DNA of 64,000 nucleotides from Escherichia coli (GTDB lineage Bacteria; Pseudomonadota; Gammaproteobacteria; Enterobacterales; Enterobacteriaceae): NCBI RefSeq assembly GCF_044324785.1, contig NZ_CP172127.1; one strand, 5' to 3'. Shown piece by piece: positions 39,716 to 52,703 of this stretch (position 1 is its first letter; each line of letters starts with the position of its first letter). The notes under the pieces were generated by a model. It saw only the letters and a program-made list of their open reading frames with translations, ran no database searches and was not told where the DNA came from. The position numbers and the translations under genes were made by a program.

Positions 39716-39740
39716 ATTATGTACACCTCTATGTACACGC
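39716..39740. repeat. right boundary direct repeat (candidate attR core), upstream of int
   Basis: ATTATGTACACCTCTATGTACACGC; two further TGTACA copies lie 20-40 nt to its left (39689-39710), arm-site-like. Confidence 0.45.
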
Positions 39741-39782
39741 ATATTGTGCGCTTTGTTGCGTCGTTATGATAGCTCATGATAA

Positions 39783-39807
39783 CAAAAAAGCCCGACATTT
39801 CGCGGGC
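39783..39807 (-). terminator. rho-independent terminator downstream of yicC
   Basis: Hairpin GCCCG-N8-CGGGC followed by T-run on the minus strand immediately 3' of yicC. Confidence 0.55.
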
Positions 39808-39846
39808 TTTGTGGTTTTTTGCTGCTTGGTGATTTTTACTGATAGC

Positions 39847-40710
39847 TTATTCGATATTCTGGATCTGCTCGCGCATCTGCTCAATCAACACTTTCAGCTC
39901 GATGGCGGAGTTTGTCACTTCGGCATTGATAGACTTCGAAGCAAGAGTGTTCGACTCGCGGTTGAACTCCTGCATCATAAAGTCCAGACGACGGCCAACC
40001 GCTTCTTTTTTCTTCAGAATGTTGTAGGTCTCTTTGACATGCGCTTCGAGGCGATCCAGTTCTTCGGCAACGTCAATTCGTTGTGCCAGCAGAACCAACT
40101 CCTGCTCCAGACGGTTGTTTTCCAGTTGCACCTGAGCATCTTCCAGCTTCGCGACCAGACGCTCACGCTGCCATTGCAGGATTTCCGGCATATGGGCGCG
40201 GACTTTGACCACTTCGGCGGTGACGCCTTCCAGACGCTGCTCGATCAATGCTTTCAGCGCCTGACCTTCGGTTTCGCGCGCGACGATAAAGTCGTCCAGC
40301 GTACCATCCAACGCCGCGAGAATTTCAGCGGCAATCGCGTCGAGATCCTGCTCCTGGGCTGCCATCACGCCCGGCCAGCGTAGAATATCAACCGGGTTGA
40401 TTTCCCCTTCGTCACTCTGCATTTTTACCCAGTTCGCGGCAGTTACCAGCTGTTTAGCCAGTTTTTCGTTAAGGATCAGCTCACCTTGTGCGCTAACATC
40501 TGGCTCATAACGCAGGGTACATTCCACTTTACCGCGCGTCAGGCGAGAACGAATACGCTCGCGAACGACAGGTTCAAGGCTACGGAACTGCTCCGGCAGA
40601 CGAAAGTAAGTTTCCAGATAACGCTGGTTTACCGAGCGCATTTCCCAGGTTGCGCTCCCCCATTCACCCTTGATTTCACGCCGGGCGTAGGCGGTCATAC
40701 TGCGGATCAT
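39847..40710 (-). CDS. yicC: YicC-family stress-induced protein
   Basis: 287-aa translation MIRSMTAYARREIKGEWGSATWEMRSVNQRYLETYFRLPEQFR. Confidence 0.9.
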   Translation of the reverse strand: MIRSMTAYARREIKGEWGSATWEMRSVNQRYLETYFRLPEQFRSLEPVVRERIRSRLTRGKVECTLRYEPDVSAQGELILNEKLAKQLVTAANWVKMQSDEGEINPVDILRWPGVMAAQEQDLDAIAAEILAALDGTLDDFIVARETEGQALKALIEQRLEGVTAEVVKVRAHMPEILQWQRERLVAKLEDAQVQLENNRLEQELVLLAQRIDVAEELDRLEAHVKETYNILKKKEAVGRRLDFMMQEFNRESNTLASKSINAEVTNSAIELKVLIEQMREQIQNIE

Positions 40711-40836
40711 AGACGTTCCTGTTTATAAAAGGAGAGGTGGAAGGATTATAGCCATCGATGCCTTGTCAGGATAGGAATAACCGCCGGAAGTCCGTATAAT
40801 GCGCAGCCACATTTGTTTCAAGCCGGAGATTTCAAT

Positions 40837-41553
40837 ATGCGTCCAGCAGGCCGTAGCAATAATCAGGTGCGTCCCGTTACCCTGACTCGTAACTATACAA
40901 AACATGCAGAAGGCTCGGTGCTGGTCGAATTTGGCGATACCAAAGTATTGTGTACCGCCTCTATTGAAGAAGGCGTGCCGCGCTTCCTGAAAGGTCAGGG
41001 CCAGGGCTGGATCACCGCAGAGTACGGCATGCTGCCACGTTCTACCCACACCCGTAACGCGCGTGAAGCGGCGAAAGGTAAGCAGGGTGGACGCACCATG
41101 GAAATCCAGCGTCTGATCGCCCGTGCTCTTCGCGCGGCAGTAGATTTGAAAGCGCTGGGTGAGTTCACTATTACGCTGGACTGCGACGTGCTTCAGGCTG
41201 ATGGTGGCACGCGTACCGCGTCGATTACGGGTGCCTGCGTGGCGCTGGCAGATGCGCTACAGAAGCTGGTGGAAAACGGCAAGCTGAAAACCAACCCGAT
41301 GAAAGGGATGGTAGCCGCGGTTTCTGTCGGGATTGTGAACGGCGAAGCGGTTTGCGATCTGGAATACGTTGAAGACTCAGCCGCAGAGACCGACATGAAC
41401 GTAGTGATGACCGAAGACGGGCGCATCATTGAAGTGCAGGGGACGGCAGAAGGCGAGCCGTTCACCCATGAAGAGTTACTCACCTTGTTGGCGCTGGCCC
41501 GAGGGGGAATCGAATCCATTGTAGCGACGCAGAAGGCGGCGCTGGCAAACTGA
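40837..41553 (+). CDS. rph: ribonuclease PH
   Basis: 238-aa translation from [38 protein letters not shown]; intact frame. Confidence 0.9.
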   Translation: MRPAGRSNNQVRPVTLTRNYTKHAEGSVLVEFGDTKVLCTASIEEGVPRFLKGQGQGWITAEYGMLPRSTHTRNAREAAKGKQGGRTMEIQRLIARALRAAVDLKALGEFTITLDCDVLQADGGTRTASITGACVALADALQKLVENGKLKTNPMKGMVAAVSVGIVNGEAVCDLEYVEDSAAETDMNVVMTEDGRIIEVQGTAEGEPFTHEELLTLLALARGGIESIVATQKAALAN

Positions 41554-41560
41554 TTTTTAA

Positions 41561-41588
41561 GGCGACTGATGAGTCGCCTTTTTTTTGT
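41561..41588 (+). terminator. pyrE attenuator hairpin (UTP-sensitive intrinsic terminator in the rph-pyrE intercistronic region)
   Basis: GGCGACTGATGAGTCGCC stem-loop followed by eight T, 8 nt after rph stop and ~30 nt before pyrE start. Confidence 0.65.
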
Positions 41589-41618
41589 CTGTAGAAAAGT
41601 AAGATGAGGAGCGAAGGC

Positions 41619-42260
41619 ATGAAACCATATCAGCGCCAGTTTATTGAATTTGCGCTTAGCAAGCAGGTGTTAAAGTTTGGCGAGTTTACGCTGAAGTCCG
41701 GGCGCAAAAGCCCCTATTTCTTCAACGCCGGGCTGTTTAATACCGGGCGCGATCTGGCACTGTTAGGCCGTTTTTACGCTGAAGCATTGGTGGATTCCGG
41801 CATTGAGTTCGATCTGCTGTTTGGCCCTGCTTACAAAGGGATTCCGATTGCCACCACAACTGCCGTGGCGCTGGCGGAGCATCATGACCTGGACCTGCCG
41901 TACTGCTTTAACCGCAAAGAAGCAAAAGACCACGGTGAAGGCGGCAATCTGGTCGGTAGCGCGTTACAAGGACGCGTAATGCTGGTGGATGATGTGATCA
42001 CCGCCGGAACGGCGATTCGCGAGTCGATGGAAATTATTCAGGCCAATGGCGCGACGCTTGCTGGCGTGTTGATTTCGCTCGATCGTCAGGAACGGGGGCG
42101 CGGCGAGATTTCGGCAATTCAGGAAGTTGAGCGTGATTACAACTGCAAAGTGATCTCTATCATCACCCTGAAAGACCTGATTGCTTACCTGGAAGAGAAG
42201 CCGGAAATGGCGGAACATCTGGCGGCGGTTAAGGCCTATCGCGAAGAGTTTGGCGTTTAA
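41619..42260 (+). CDS. pyrE: orotate phosphoribosyltransferase
   Basis: 213-aa translation [42 protein letters not shown]-binding [12 protein letters not shown]. Confidence 0.9.
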
Positions 42261-42269
42261 AAATATGCG

Positions 42270-42550
42270 CTGTGCAGGGTTTTTGCTGTGCGCAGCGTGA
42301 TGCGCTTTAAGATATCGTGTTAATCTGCTTTCGCCAGCAGTGGCAATAGCGTTTCCGGCCTTTTGTGCCGGGAGGGTCGGCGAGTCGCCGACTTAACGCC
42401 AGTAGTATGTCCATATACCCAAAGTCGCTTCATTGTACCTGAGTACGCTTCGCGTACGTCGCGCTGACGCGCTCAGTACAGTTACGCGCCTTCGGGATGG
42501 TTTAATGGTATTGCCGCTGTTGGCGCCTCTTTTGGCCGCCGTGATGTGGA
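42270..42550 (+). ncRNA. retron msr/msd non-coding region (template for msDNA); boundaries approximate
   Basis: Highly structured non-coding DNA directly upstream of a retron-type RT: palindromes GCGCAGCGTGATGCGC, GTCGGCGAGTCGCCGAC, GTACGCTTCGCGTAC and GCGCTGACGCGC; no credible ORF. Confidence 0.5.
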
Positions 42551-42557
42551 GAGTGGA

Positions 42558-43517
42558 ATGGATGCTACCCGGATAACCCTTCTGGCGCTCGATTTGTTCG
42601 GCTCGCCGGGCTGGAGCGCCGATAAAGAAATACAGCGGCTGTATGCGCTCAGTAATCATGCCGGACGCCATTACCGACGCATTATTCTTTCTAAACGCCA
42701 CGGTGGTCAGCGGCTGGTGTTAGCCCCTGATTACTTGCTCAAAACCGTACAGCGCAACATTCTTAAGAACGTTCTTTCACAATTTCCGCTTTCCCCTTTT
42801 GCTACAGCCTACCGACCAGGTTGCCCAATTGTCAGCAACGCGCAGCCTCACAGCCAACAGCCACAAATACTGAAACTCGATATCGAAAACTTTTTCGATA
42901 GTATTAGCTGGTTACAGGTCTGGCGTGTGTTTCGCCAGGCCCAGTTGCCACGTAATGTGGTAACCATGCTGACCTGGATTTGTTGTTATAACGACGCGTT
43001 ACCGCAGGGGGCACCAACTTCGCCAGCCATTTCCAATCTTGTGATGCGCTGTTTTGATGAGTGCATCGGGGCATGGTGCCAGGCACGAGGAATTACCTAC
43101 ACCCGCTACTGCGATGACATGACTTTTTCAGGTCACTTCAATGCCCGCCAGGTTAAAAATAAAGTGTGCGGATTGTTAGCGGAGATGGGCCTGAGCCTCA
43201 ATCAACGCAAAAGCTCCCTGATAGCTGCCTGTAAGCGCCAGCAGGTAACCGGGATTGTTGTTAATCACAAACCACAGCTTGCCCGCGAAGCGCGGCGGGC
43301 GCTGCGTCAGGAAGTACACTTATGCCAAAAATATGGCGTCATTTCGCATCTTAGTCGTCGTGGTGAACTTGATCCTTCATGCGATCTCCATGCACAGGCA
43401 ACGGCGTATCTTTATGCTTTGCAGGGAAGAATAAACTGGCTATTGCAAATCAATCCTGAGGATGAGGCCTTTAAACAGGCGAGGGAAAGTGTAAAGCGAA
43501 TGCTGTTGGCATGGTAA
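42558..43517 (+). CDS. ret: retron-type reverse transcriptase (Ec107-like)
   Basis: 319-aa frame from MDATRITLL; RT motifs including YCDD (YTRYCDDMTFSG) and retron-specific VTG (QQVTGIVVNHKP); occupies the pyrE-slmA interval. Confidence 0.8.
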   Translation: MDATRITLLALDLFGSPGWSADKEIQRLYALSNHAGRHYRRIILSKRHGGQRLVLAPDYLLKTVQRNILKNVLSQFPLSPFATAYRPGCPIVSNAQPHSQQPQILKLDIENFFDSISWLQVWRVFRQAQLPRNVVTMLTWICCYNDALPQGAPTSPAISNLVMRCFDECIGAWCQARGITYTRYCDDMTFSGHFNARQVKNKVCGLLAEMGLSLNQRKSSLIAACKRQQVTGIVVNHKPQLAREARRALRQEVHLCQKYGVISHLSRRGELDPSCDLHAQATAYLYALQGRINWLLQINPEDEAFKQARESVKRMLLAW

Positions 43518-43560
43518 GAAAAGCGTCAGGCAGACGTTTCTGCCTGAACGTTTGGGAGAA

Positions 43561-44157
43561 TTACTGCAACTGTGCGGCAATTAGCGGCCAGCGGGCGTCA
43601 AAATCATCCGTCGGGCGGTATTTAAACTCGCTGCGGACAAAGCGTGACAGCATACCTTCACAGAAGGCCAGGATCTGGCTTGCCAGCAGGGTTTCATCGG
43701 TGGTGTAACCTTCACCCTCACGCATTCTCTTTTCGCGCAATACCTGACGCAACTGCGCTTCAATACGCTCGAACAGCTGGTTGATGCGCCCTTGCAGGCG
43801 ATCCTGTTCAAACATTAGTGCATGACCAGTGAGGATGCGGGTCAGGCCAGGATTACGCTCACCAAAACCGAGAAGCAGCAACACAATCAGACGCAGGCGC
43901 GCTGTGGTGTCCTTCTCATCTTTCAGAATCAGATTGATGCGAGTAATCAGGCTATCTTCGATAAACTCAATCAGGCTATCGAACATGCGGGTCTTACTGG
44001 GGAAGTGGCGATACAGTGCCGCTTCGGAAACGCCGACAGAGGCGGCCAGTTTTGCCGTCGTGATACGTTGGCTTCCATCGCTGGATTCCAGCATCAGCGC
44101 CAGAGACTGAAGTATTTCCTCGCGACGGTTCCTTTTCGCAGTTTGTTTTTCTGCCAT
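43561..44157 (-). CDS. slmA: nucleoid occlusion factor SlmA (TetR family)
   Basis: 198-aa translation [52 protein letters not shown]. Confidence 0.9.
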
Positions 44158-44263
44158 GTTACAAAATACCCCTGAAAATAAGCACTTGCCAGGCGGCACC
44201 CACGCTATGACCGCAAACGAAATGTTTGCGGCTATGTTATGACGTTATTCGGATGCGTATGTG

Positions 44264-44722
44264 TTACTGACGACCAGAGTGACCAAAGCCGCCTTCACCG
44301 CGGTCGGTGGCGTCGAAATCTTCCACCAGATTAAATTCAGCCTGTACTACCGGAACAAAAATCATCTGGGCGATGCGTTCGCCAGGTTGAATGGTGAAGC
44401 TGTCCTGACCACGGTTCCACACGGAAATCATCAACTGGCCCTGATAGTCGGAATCGATCAATCCTACCAGGTTACCAAGCACGATACCGTGCTTATGTCC
44501 CAATCCGGAGCGCGGCAGCATCATTGCCGCCAGTGAAGGATCGGCAATATGAATCGCCAGCCCGGTCGGAACCAGCGTAGTGTCACCCGGAGCCAGTTCT
44601 ACGGCGTCGTCGAGACAGGCACGCAGGTCAAGTCCGGCAGAGCCAGAGGTGGCATAAGTCGGGAGCGGAAATTCCTTCCCAACGCGCGGGTCCAGAATCT
44701 TAACGTCGATTTTTTTCATCAT
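44264..44722 (-). CDS. dut: dUTP diphosphatase
   Basis: translation [35 protein letters not shown]. Confidence 0.9.
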
Positions 44723-45920
44723 AACGGGTCACGATCTCGTCGAGTAATAATTGGCCAAGGAGCTCTTTGCGCTCAAGCGGTAAGACTTTATCTCCGTCCT
44801 GCCAGAAAAGGTGTAATGCGTTGTTGTCGCTGTTAAATCCTTGAGTTGGCTGGGAAACATCGTTCGCGCAGATCAGATCAAGGTTTTTACGGATACGTTT
44901 TTGCCGGGCGTATTCTTCCACATTATTTGTTTCGGCGGCAAATCCAACGACGTAGGGTCGATGGTCTTTTAGTGCGGCAACGCCTGCGACGATATCGGGG
45001 TTTTTAACCATTTTTATTGTTAATTCATCACCCTGCGTGGCCTGCTTTTTGATTTTCTCTGGGGCCACGGTAGCTGCGCGATAATCCGCCACGGCGGCGC
45101 AACCGATAAAAATATTTTGCTGCTGTACAGAAGCATTCACGGCCGCTTCCATTTCCAGCGCAGTCATCACATCAACACGTTTAACAAACGGTGGCGTCGG
45201 TAGTGAAACCGGACCTGATACCAGCGTGACGTTCGCGCCACGACGGGCAGCGGCGGCGGCGATAGCAAAACCCATCTTGCCTGAGCTGTGATTAGAGATA
45301 TAACGCACCGGATCGAGCGGTTCACGCGTCGGGCCGGCGGTAATCATAATGCTCAGATGTTTCAGGTCGTTGACGGGCGAAAAATGCGCTACCGCCATAT
45401 CAACAATGGTTAACGGATCGAGCATTCGCCCAGGGCCGATATCACCACAAGCCTGACTGCCACTGTCTGGCCCCCAGATGAGCAAACCACGGGAAGCAAG
45501 CACCTCTAAATTATGCTGCGTGGCAGCGGCACGGTACATCTGCTGGTTCATGGCGGGGAGCACGGCTACAGGCGCAGGAGTGGCCAGACAAATCGTCGAT
45601 ACCAGATCATTCGCCATTCCGGCAGCAACACGGGCAATCAAATCTGCCGTGGCAGGGGCGAGAATCACTAAATCAGCCCATTTACCCAGCTCAATATGGC
45701 CCATTGCGGCTTCGGCTGCCGGGTCCAGCAGACTGTCGGAAACGGGATACCCAGAAACCGCCTGCAAGCTAAGTGGGGTGATAAAGGCTTTTGCCGCTTC
45801 GGTCATGGCTACGCGGACGTCGGCCCCGCGCTCGCGCAAACGACGCACCAGTTCAGGGGTTTTATAGGCAGCAATACCGCCGCTAACGCCGAGAACGATT
45901 TTTTTACCGGCCAGGCTCAT
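44700..45920 (-). CDS. coaBC: bifunctional phosphopantothenoylcysteine decarboxylase/synthetase
   Basis: 406-aa translation from [28 protein letters not shown]; listed ORF N-terminally over-extended. Confidence 0.9.
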
Positions 45921-46091
45921 GATGATTTTTCCTGTTGGGTGACACCAGAAGTTGGCGATTTTATCACAATACTTTTGTTGTCGTGCCTTCACCTGAGAAT
46001 CACTTTGCGAGGCGCTTTCCAGGATTGAAAACTGGCCGTCGATTTAACGGAACGGCTATGACAGGATGCGAGCACCACAAAGGAGGTGAAG

Positions 46092-46760
46092 GTGAAAAAC
46101 AATGCACAGCTGTTGATGCCGCGCGAAAAAATGCTGAAGTTTGGTATTAGCGCCTTAACGGATGTCGAGCTGCTGGCGCTATTTCTGCGTACCGGAACGC
46201 GCGGTAAAGATGTATTAACCCTGGCAAAAGAGATGCTGGAGAATTTCGGCTCTCTTTATGGCTTGTTAACCTCTGAATATGAACAGTTTAGTGGCGTTCA
46301 TGGAATTGGTGTGGCGAAATTCGCCCAGTTAAAGGGGATTGCCGAACTGGCGCGGCGTTACTACAACGTGCGGATGCGTGAAGAAAGCCCTTTACTCAGC
46401 CCGGAGATGACGAGGGAATTTTTACAAAGCCAGCTCACGGGTGAGGAGCGGGAGATCTTTATGGTGATCTTTCTCGACTCACAACACCGGGTTATAACGC
46501 ATAGCCGACTTTTTTCCGGCACGCTAAACCATGTTGAAGTCCATCCTCGGGAAATTATCCGCGAAGCGATAAAAATAAACGCCTCGGCGCTGATCCTTGC
46601 ACATAATCACCCTTCGGGTTGTGCTGAACCCAGTAAAGCGGATAAACTCATTACTGAACGGATAATAAAGAGTTGTCAGTTCATGGATTTACGCGTGCTC
46701 GACCATATCGTGATTGGGCGTGGAGAGTATGTTTCTTTTGCCGAACGCGGCTGGATTTAA
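46092..46760 (+). CDS. yicR: UPF0758/RadC-like JAB-domain protein YicR
   Basis: translation (GTG start) [47 protein letters not shown] 5 nt upstream; HNHPSG JAB motif. Confidence 0.85.
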
Positions 46761-46955
46761 CCCGCTATGCGCGATCCTTCGGGATCTTTGTCTGTTCGGG
46801 ACTTGAGCACATCGCTGAGTCAGCGTATACTACGCCACCTTTGAGAATCTCGGGTTTGGCATTTGGGCCTGGCAATCGAGAGTTCACATAGAACTGCGAT
46901 GACCGGGCTGTAAAGCCTGACGAGGCGCCAATACCCCATACGAAGCTCGAGCTAA

Positions 46956-47213
<258 letters not shown>

Positions 47214-47230
47214 GTACTTAGAGGAAATAA

Positions 47231-47401
<171 letters not shown>

Positions 47402-47498
47402 TTCTCGCTTTGATGTAACGAAAAACCTCGCTCCGGCGGGGTTTTTTGTTATCTGCTTACCCCCATATTGATTGCATCTGTTCATTCCTGGAGATGCT

Positions 47499-48308
47499 AT
47501 GCCTGAATTACCTGAAGTTGAAACCAGCCGCCGCGGCATAGAACCGCATCTCGTTGGTGCAACCATTCTTCATGCGGTGGTGCGCAACGGACGCTTGCGC
47601 TGGCCGGTTTCAGAAGAGATCTACCGTTTAAGCGACCAACCAGTGCTTAGCGTGCAGCGGCGGGCTAAATATCTGCTGCTGGAGCTGCCTGAGGGCTGGA
47701 TTATCATTCATTTGGGGATGTCTGGCAGCCTGCGCATCCTTCCAGAAGAACTTCCCCCTGAAAAGCATGACCATGTGGATTTGGTGATGAGCAACGGTAA
47801 AGTGCTGCGCTACACCGATCCGCGCCGCTTTGGTGCCTGGCTGTGGACCAAAGAGCTGGAAGGGCATAATGTGCTGACCCATCTTGGACCGGAGCCGCTT
47901 AGCGACGATTTCAACGGTGAGTATCTGCATCAGAAGTGTGCGAAGAAAAAAACGGCGATTAAACCGTGGCTGATGGATAACAAGCTGGTGGTAGGGGTAG
48001 GGAATATCTATGCCAGCGAATCGCTGTTTGCGGCGGGGATCCATCCGGATCGGCTGGCGTCATCACTGTCGCTGGCAGAGTGTGAATTGTTAGCTCGGGT
48101 GATTAAAGCGGTGTTGCTGCGTTCGATTGAGCAGGGCGGTACAACGCTGAAAGATTTTCTGCAAAGTGATGGTAAACCGGGCTATTTCGCTCAGGAATTG
48201 CAGGTTTACGGGCGAAAAGGTGAGCCGTGTCGGGTGTGCGGTACGCCGATTATGGCGACTAAACATGCGCAGCGGGCAACGTTTTATTGTCGGCAGTGCC
48301 AGAAGTAA
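47499..48308 (+). CDS. mutM: formamidopyrimidine-DNA glycosylase
   Basis: 269-aa translation from [29 protein letters not shown]-terminal zinc finger CRVCGTPI...CRQCQ. Confidence 0.9.
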   Translation: MPELPEVETSRRGIEPHLVGATILHAVVRNGRLRWPVSEEIYRLSDQPVLSVQRRAKYLLLELPEGWIIIHLGMSGSLRILPEELPPEKHDHVDLVMSNGKVLRYTDPRRFGAWLWTKELEGHNVLTHLGPEPLSDDFNGEYLHQKCAKKKTAIKPWLMDNKLVVGVGNIYASESLFAAGIHPDRLASSLSLAECELLARVIKAVLLRSIEQGGTTLKDFLQSDGKPGYFAQELQVYGRKGEPCRVCGTPIMATKHAQRATFYCRQCQK

Positions 48309-48314
48309 TTCATG

Positions 48315-48340
48315 CGCGCCGGATGGCATACCATCCGGCA
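48315..48340. terminator. hairpin between convergent mutM and coaD
   Basis: Palindrome GCCGGATGG-CATA-CCATCCGGC. Confidence 0.4.
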
Positions 48341-48346
48341 TAAACG

Positions 48347-50111
<1,765 letters not shown>

Positions 50112-50462
50112 AGTAAATAGCTGACTTATGGATGTGCTGGGGATTCTATGTATTTAGCTGTGGCTTTACCATTACTTTTCCCGTTTTTGACTTAAATAGC
50201 AATTTACCCGCCAATTCTTGCTGAACATCTATACTTTTTTTGTATTTTTATGCGATTCATTGATTTCTGCAGTACGTGCAGGAAGGAATCGCAGAGCAAC
50301 AGTGAAAGAATATGGTTGCTAATGATTTTATTTGATTGATTTCTTTATTGAAAATCAACAATGTGCTTAAAAATCATTCGGGTCGGATTGCCGCGAAAGA
50401 AGTGATACACTAGCGCGTCAATATCAGTGCGGTATCAGTATTCAGGTAGCTGTTGAGCCTGG

Positions 50463-50474
50463 GGCGGTAGCGTG
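50463..50474 (+). promoter_or_regulatory. ops element (RfaH recruitment site) in the waaQ operon leader
   Basis: GGCGGTAGCGTG matches ops consensus GGCGGTAGnnTG; ~50 nt upstream of waaQ start. Confidence 0.7.
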
Positions 50475-50523
50475 CTTTTTCTGCTTCACCTTAATCGGAT
50501 AATCTCAACAAAAAGAGTTACTT

Positions 50524-51582
50524 GTGGATAAGCCATTTCGAAGAATTTTGCTCATTAAGATGCGTTTTCATGGGGATATGTTATTAACTACTCCCGTCAT
50601 TAGTTCGCTGAAAAAAAATTACCCTGACGCAAAAATCGATGTGCTGCTTTATCAGGACACCATCCCGATCCTGTCTGAAAATCCAGAGATTAACGCGCTC
50701 TACGGCATAAAAAATAAAAAAGCAAAAGCCTCAGAAAAAATTGCCAACTTTTTTCATCTCATCAAGGTATTACGTGCCAATAAGTATGACCTTATCGTCA
50801 ATCTTACCGATCAATGGATGGTTGCTATACTGGTTCGCTTATTAAATGCCCGTGTGAAAATTTCCCAGGATTATCATCATCGGCAGTCTGCTTTTTGGCG
50901 TAATAGTTTCACTCATTTGGTGCCGTTGCAGGGTGGAAATGTGGTGGAAAGTAACTTATCCGTGCTATCGCCATTGAGACTTGAATCGTTGGTGAAGCAG
51001 ACAACCATGAGTTACCCGCCTGCAAGCTGGAAACGTATGCGTCGCGAACTTGATCACGCTGGTGTTGGACAAAATTATGTGGTTATCCAACCTACGGCGC
51101 GGCAAATCTTCAAATGCTGGGACAACGCCAAGTTTTCCGCTGTGATTGATGCCTTACATGCTCGTGGTTATGAAGTCGTTCTGACGTCCGGCCCAGATAA
51201 AGACGATCTGGCCTGCGTCAATGAAATTGCCCAGGGATGCCAGACGCTACCAGTAACGGCGCTGGCCGGAAAGGTGACCTTCCCGGAACTTGGTGCGTTA
51301 ATCGATCATGCCCAGCTGTTTATTGGCGTTGATTCCGCACCGGCGCATATTGCCGCTGCAGTTAATACGCCGCTGATATCGCTGTTTGGTGCGACAGACC
51401 ATATTTTCTGGCGTCCCTGGTCAAATAACATGATTCAATTCTGGGCGGGAGATTACCGGGAAATGCCAACGCGCGATCAGCGTGACCGAAATGAGATGTA
51501 TCTTTCGGTTATTCCGGCGGCAGATGTCATTGCTGCTGTCGATAAATTACTGCCCTCCTCCACGACAGGTACGTCGTTATGA
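50524..51582 (+). CDS. waaQ: LPS heptosyltransferase III
   Basis: 352-aa GT9-family translation (GTG start) with RILLIKMRFHGDMLLTTPV N-terminus; first gene after ops. Confidence 0.8.
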   Translation: MDKPFRRILLIKMRFHGDMLLTTPVISSLKKNYPDAKIDVLLYQDTIPILSENPEINALYGIKNKKAKASEKIANFFHLIKVLRANKYDLIVNLTDQWMVAILVRLLNARVKISQDYHHRQSAFWRNSFTHLVPLQGGNVVESNLSVLSPLRLESLVKQTTMSYPPASWKRMRRELDHAGVGQNYVVIQPTARQIFKCWDNAKFSAVIDALHARGYEVVLTSGPDKDDLACVNEIAQGCQTLPVTALAGKVTFPELGALIDHAQLFIGVDSAPAHIAAAVNTPLISLFGATDHIFWRPWSNNMIQFWAGDYREMPTRDQRDRNEMYLSVIPAADVIAAVDKLLPSSTTGTSL

Positions 51583-52703
51583 TCGTTGCTTTTTGTTTAT
51601 ATAAATATTTTCCCTTTGGCGGTTTGCAGCGCGATTTCATGCGTATTGCTCAGACAGTCGCCGCCCGAGGTCATCATGTTCGGGTTTATACCCAGTCGTG
51701 GGAAGGCGAATGCCCTGATGTATTTGAACTGATCAAAGTGCCGGTTAAATCGCATACCAATCACGGGCGCAATGCGGAGTATTTTGCCTGGGTGCAAAAA
51801 CATTTACGCGAACATCCCGTCGATAGAGTCGTTGGATTTAATAAAATGCCGGGGCTGGACGTTTATTATGCCGCTGATGTTTGTTATGCCGAGAAAGTAG
51901 CGCAGGAAAAAGGCTTTTTCTATCGCCTGACGTCACGTTATCGCCATTATGCCGCCTTTGAGCGGGCAACCTTCGAACAGGGCAAGCCGACACAGCTGCT
52001 GATGCTGACAGATAAGCAAATCGCCGATTTCCAGAAACATTATCAGACTGAAGCGGAGCGTTTTCATATTCTGCCACCGGGGATTTATCCTGATCGTAAA
52101 TATAGCCAGCAGCCAGCCAATAGCCGTGAAATCTTCCGTAAGAAGAATGGAATAACCGAACAACAATATTTATTGTTGCAGGTCGGTTCAGACTTCACGC
52201 GTAAAGGTGTCGATCGTTCCATTGAAGCACTTGCTTCATTACCGGATACGCTGCGCCACAACACATTGCTATATGTTGTTGGGCAGGATAAACCGCGAAA
52301 ATTTGAGGCGCTGGCAGAAAAACGCGGCGTGCGCAGTAATGTTCACTTCTTCTCGGGGCGCAACGATGTCTCGGAATTAATGGCGGCGGCGGATTTATTA
52401 CTGCATCCTGCCTACCAGGAAGCGGCGGGAATTGTGCTGCTGGAAGCGATTACTGCAGGATTACCGGTACTAACAACTGCCGTTTGCGGCTATGCGCATT
52501 ATATTGTCGACGCCAATTGCGGCGAGGCTATTGCTGAGCCATTCCGCCAGGAAACATTGAATGAGATTTTACGCAAAGCGTTAACGCAATCTTCATTGCG
52601 CCAGGCCTGGGCGGAAAATGCGCGACATTATGCTGATACACAAGATTTATACAGTCTGCCAGAAAAAGCGGCGGATATCATAACGGGTGGTCTGGATGGT
52701 TGA
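51579..52703 (+). CDS. waaG: LPS core glucosyltransferase I
   Basis: 374-aa translation [39 protein letters not shown]; overlaps waaQ stop. Confidence 0.9.
   Translation: MIVAFCLYKYFPFGGLQRDFMRIAQTVAARGHHVRVYTQSWEGECPDVFELIKVPVKSHTNHGRNAEYFAWVQKHLREHPVDRVVGFNKMPGLDVYYAADVCYAEKVAQEKGFFYRLTSRYRHYAAFERATFEQGKPTQLLMLTDKQIADFQKHYQTEAERFHILPPGIYPDRKYSQQPANSREIFRKKNGITEQQYLLLQVGSDFTRKGVDRSIEALASLPDTLRHNTLLYVVGQDKPRKFEALAEKRGVRSNVHFFSGRNDVSELMAAADLLLHPAYQEAAGIVLLEAITAGLPVLTTAVCGYAHYIVDANCGEAIAEPFRQETLNEILRKALTQSSLRQAWAENARHYADTQDLYSLPEKAADIITGGLDG

Larger units (their letters stand above)
19235..39740. mobile_element. P4-like integrative element (~20.5 kb) inserted in the dinD-yicC intergenic region; integrase, AlpA, alpha-like primase, two iteron clusters, IS2 and prophage-derived cargo
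   Basis: Bounded by 25-bp imperfect direct repeats (19235-19259, 39716-39740); tyrosine integrase abuts right repeat; core genes dinD/yicC flank it; no tRNA at junction. Confidence 0.6.

Noticed and set aside
39743-39846. tRNA gene as integration target next to the P4-type integrase
   Set aside because: Looked for a tRNA-like cloverleaf or CCA-proximal sequence between int and yicC; only the yicC terminator hairpin is present. Integration appears to be at a non-tRNA site (not verified with a tRNA scanner).
39766-40383. 205-aa plus-strand ORF
   Set aside because: Antisense to yicC, which is recognisable on the minus strand.
42393-42701. 102-aa minus-strand ORF
   Set aside because: Falls in the structured retron msr/msd region and the RT 5' end on the opposite strand; explained by the ncRNA and RT.
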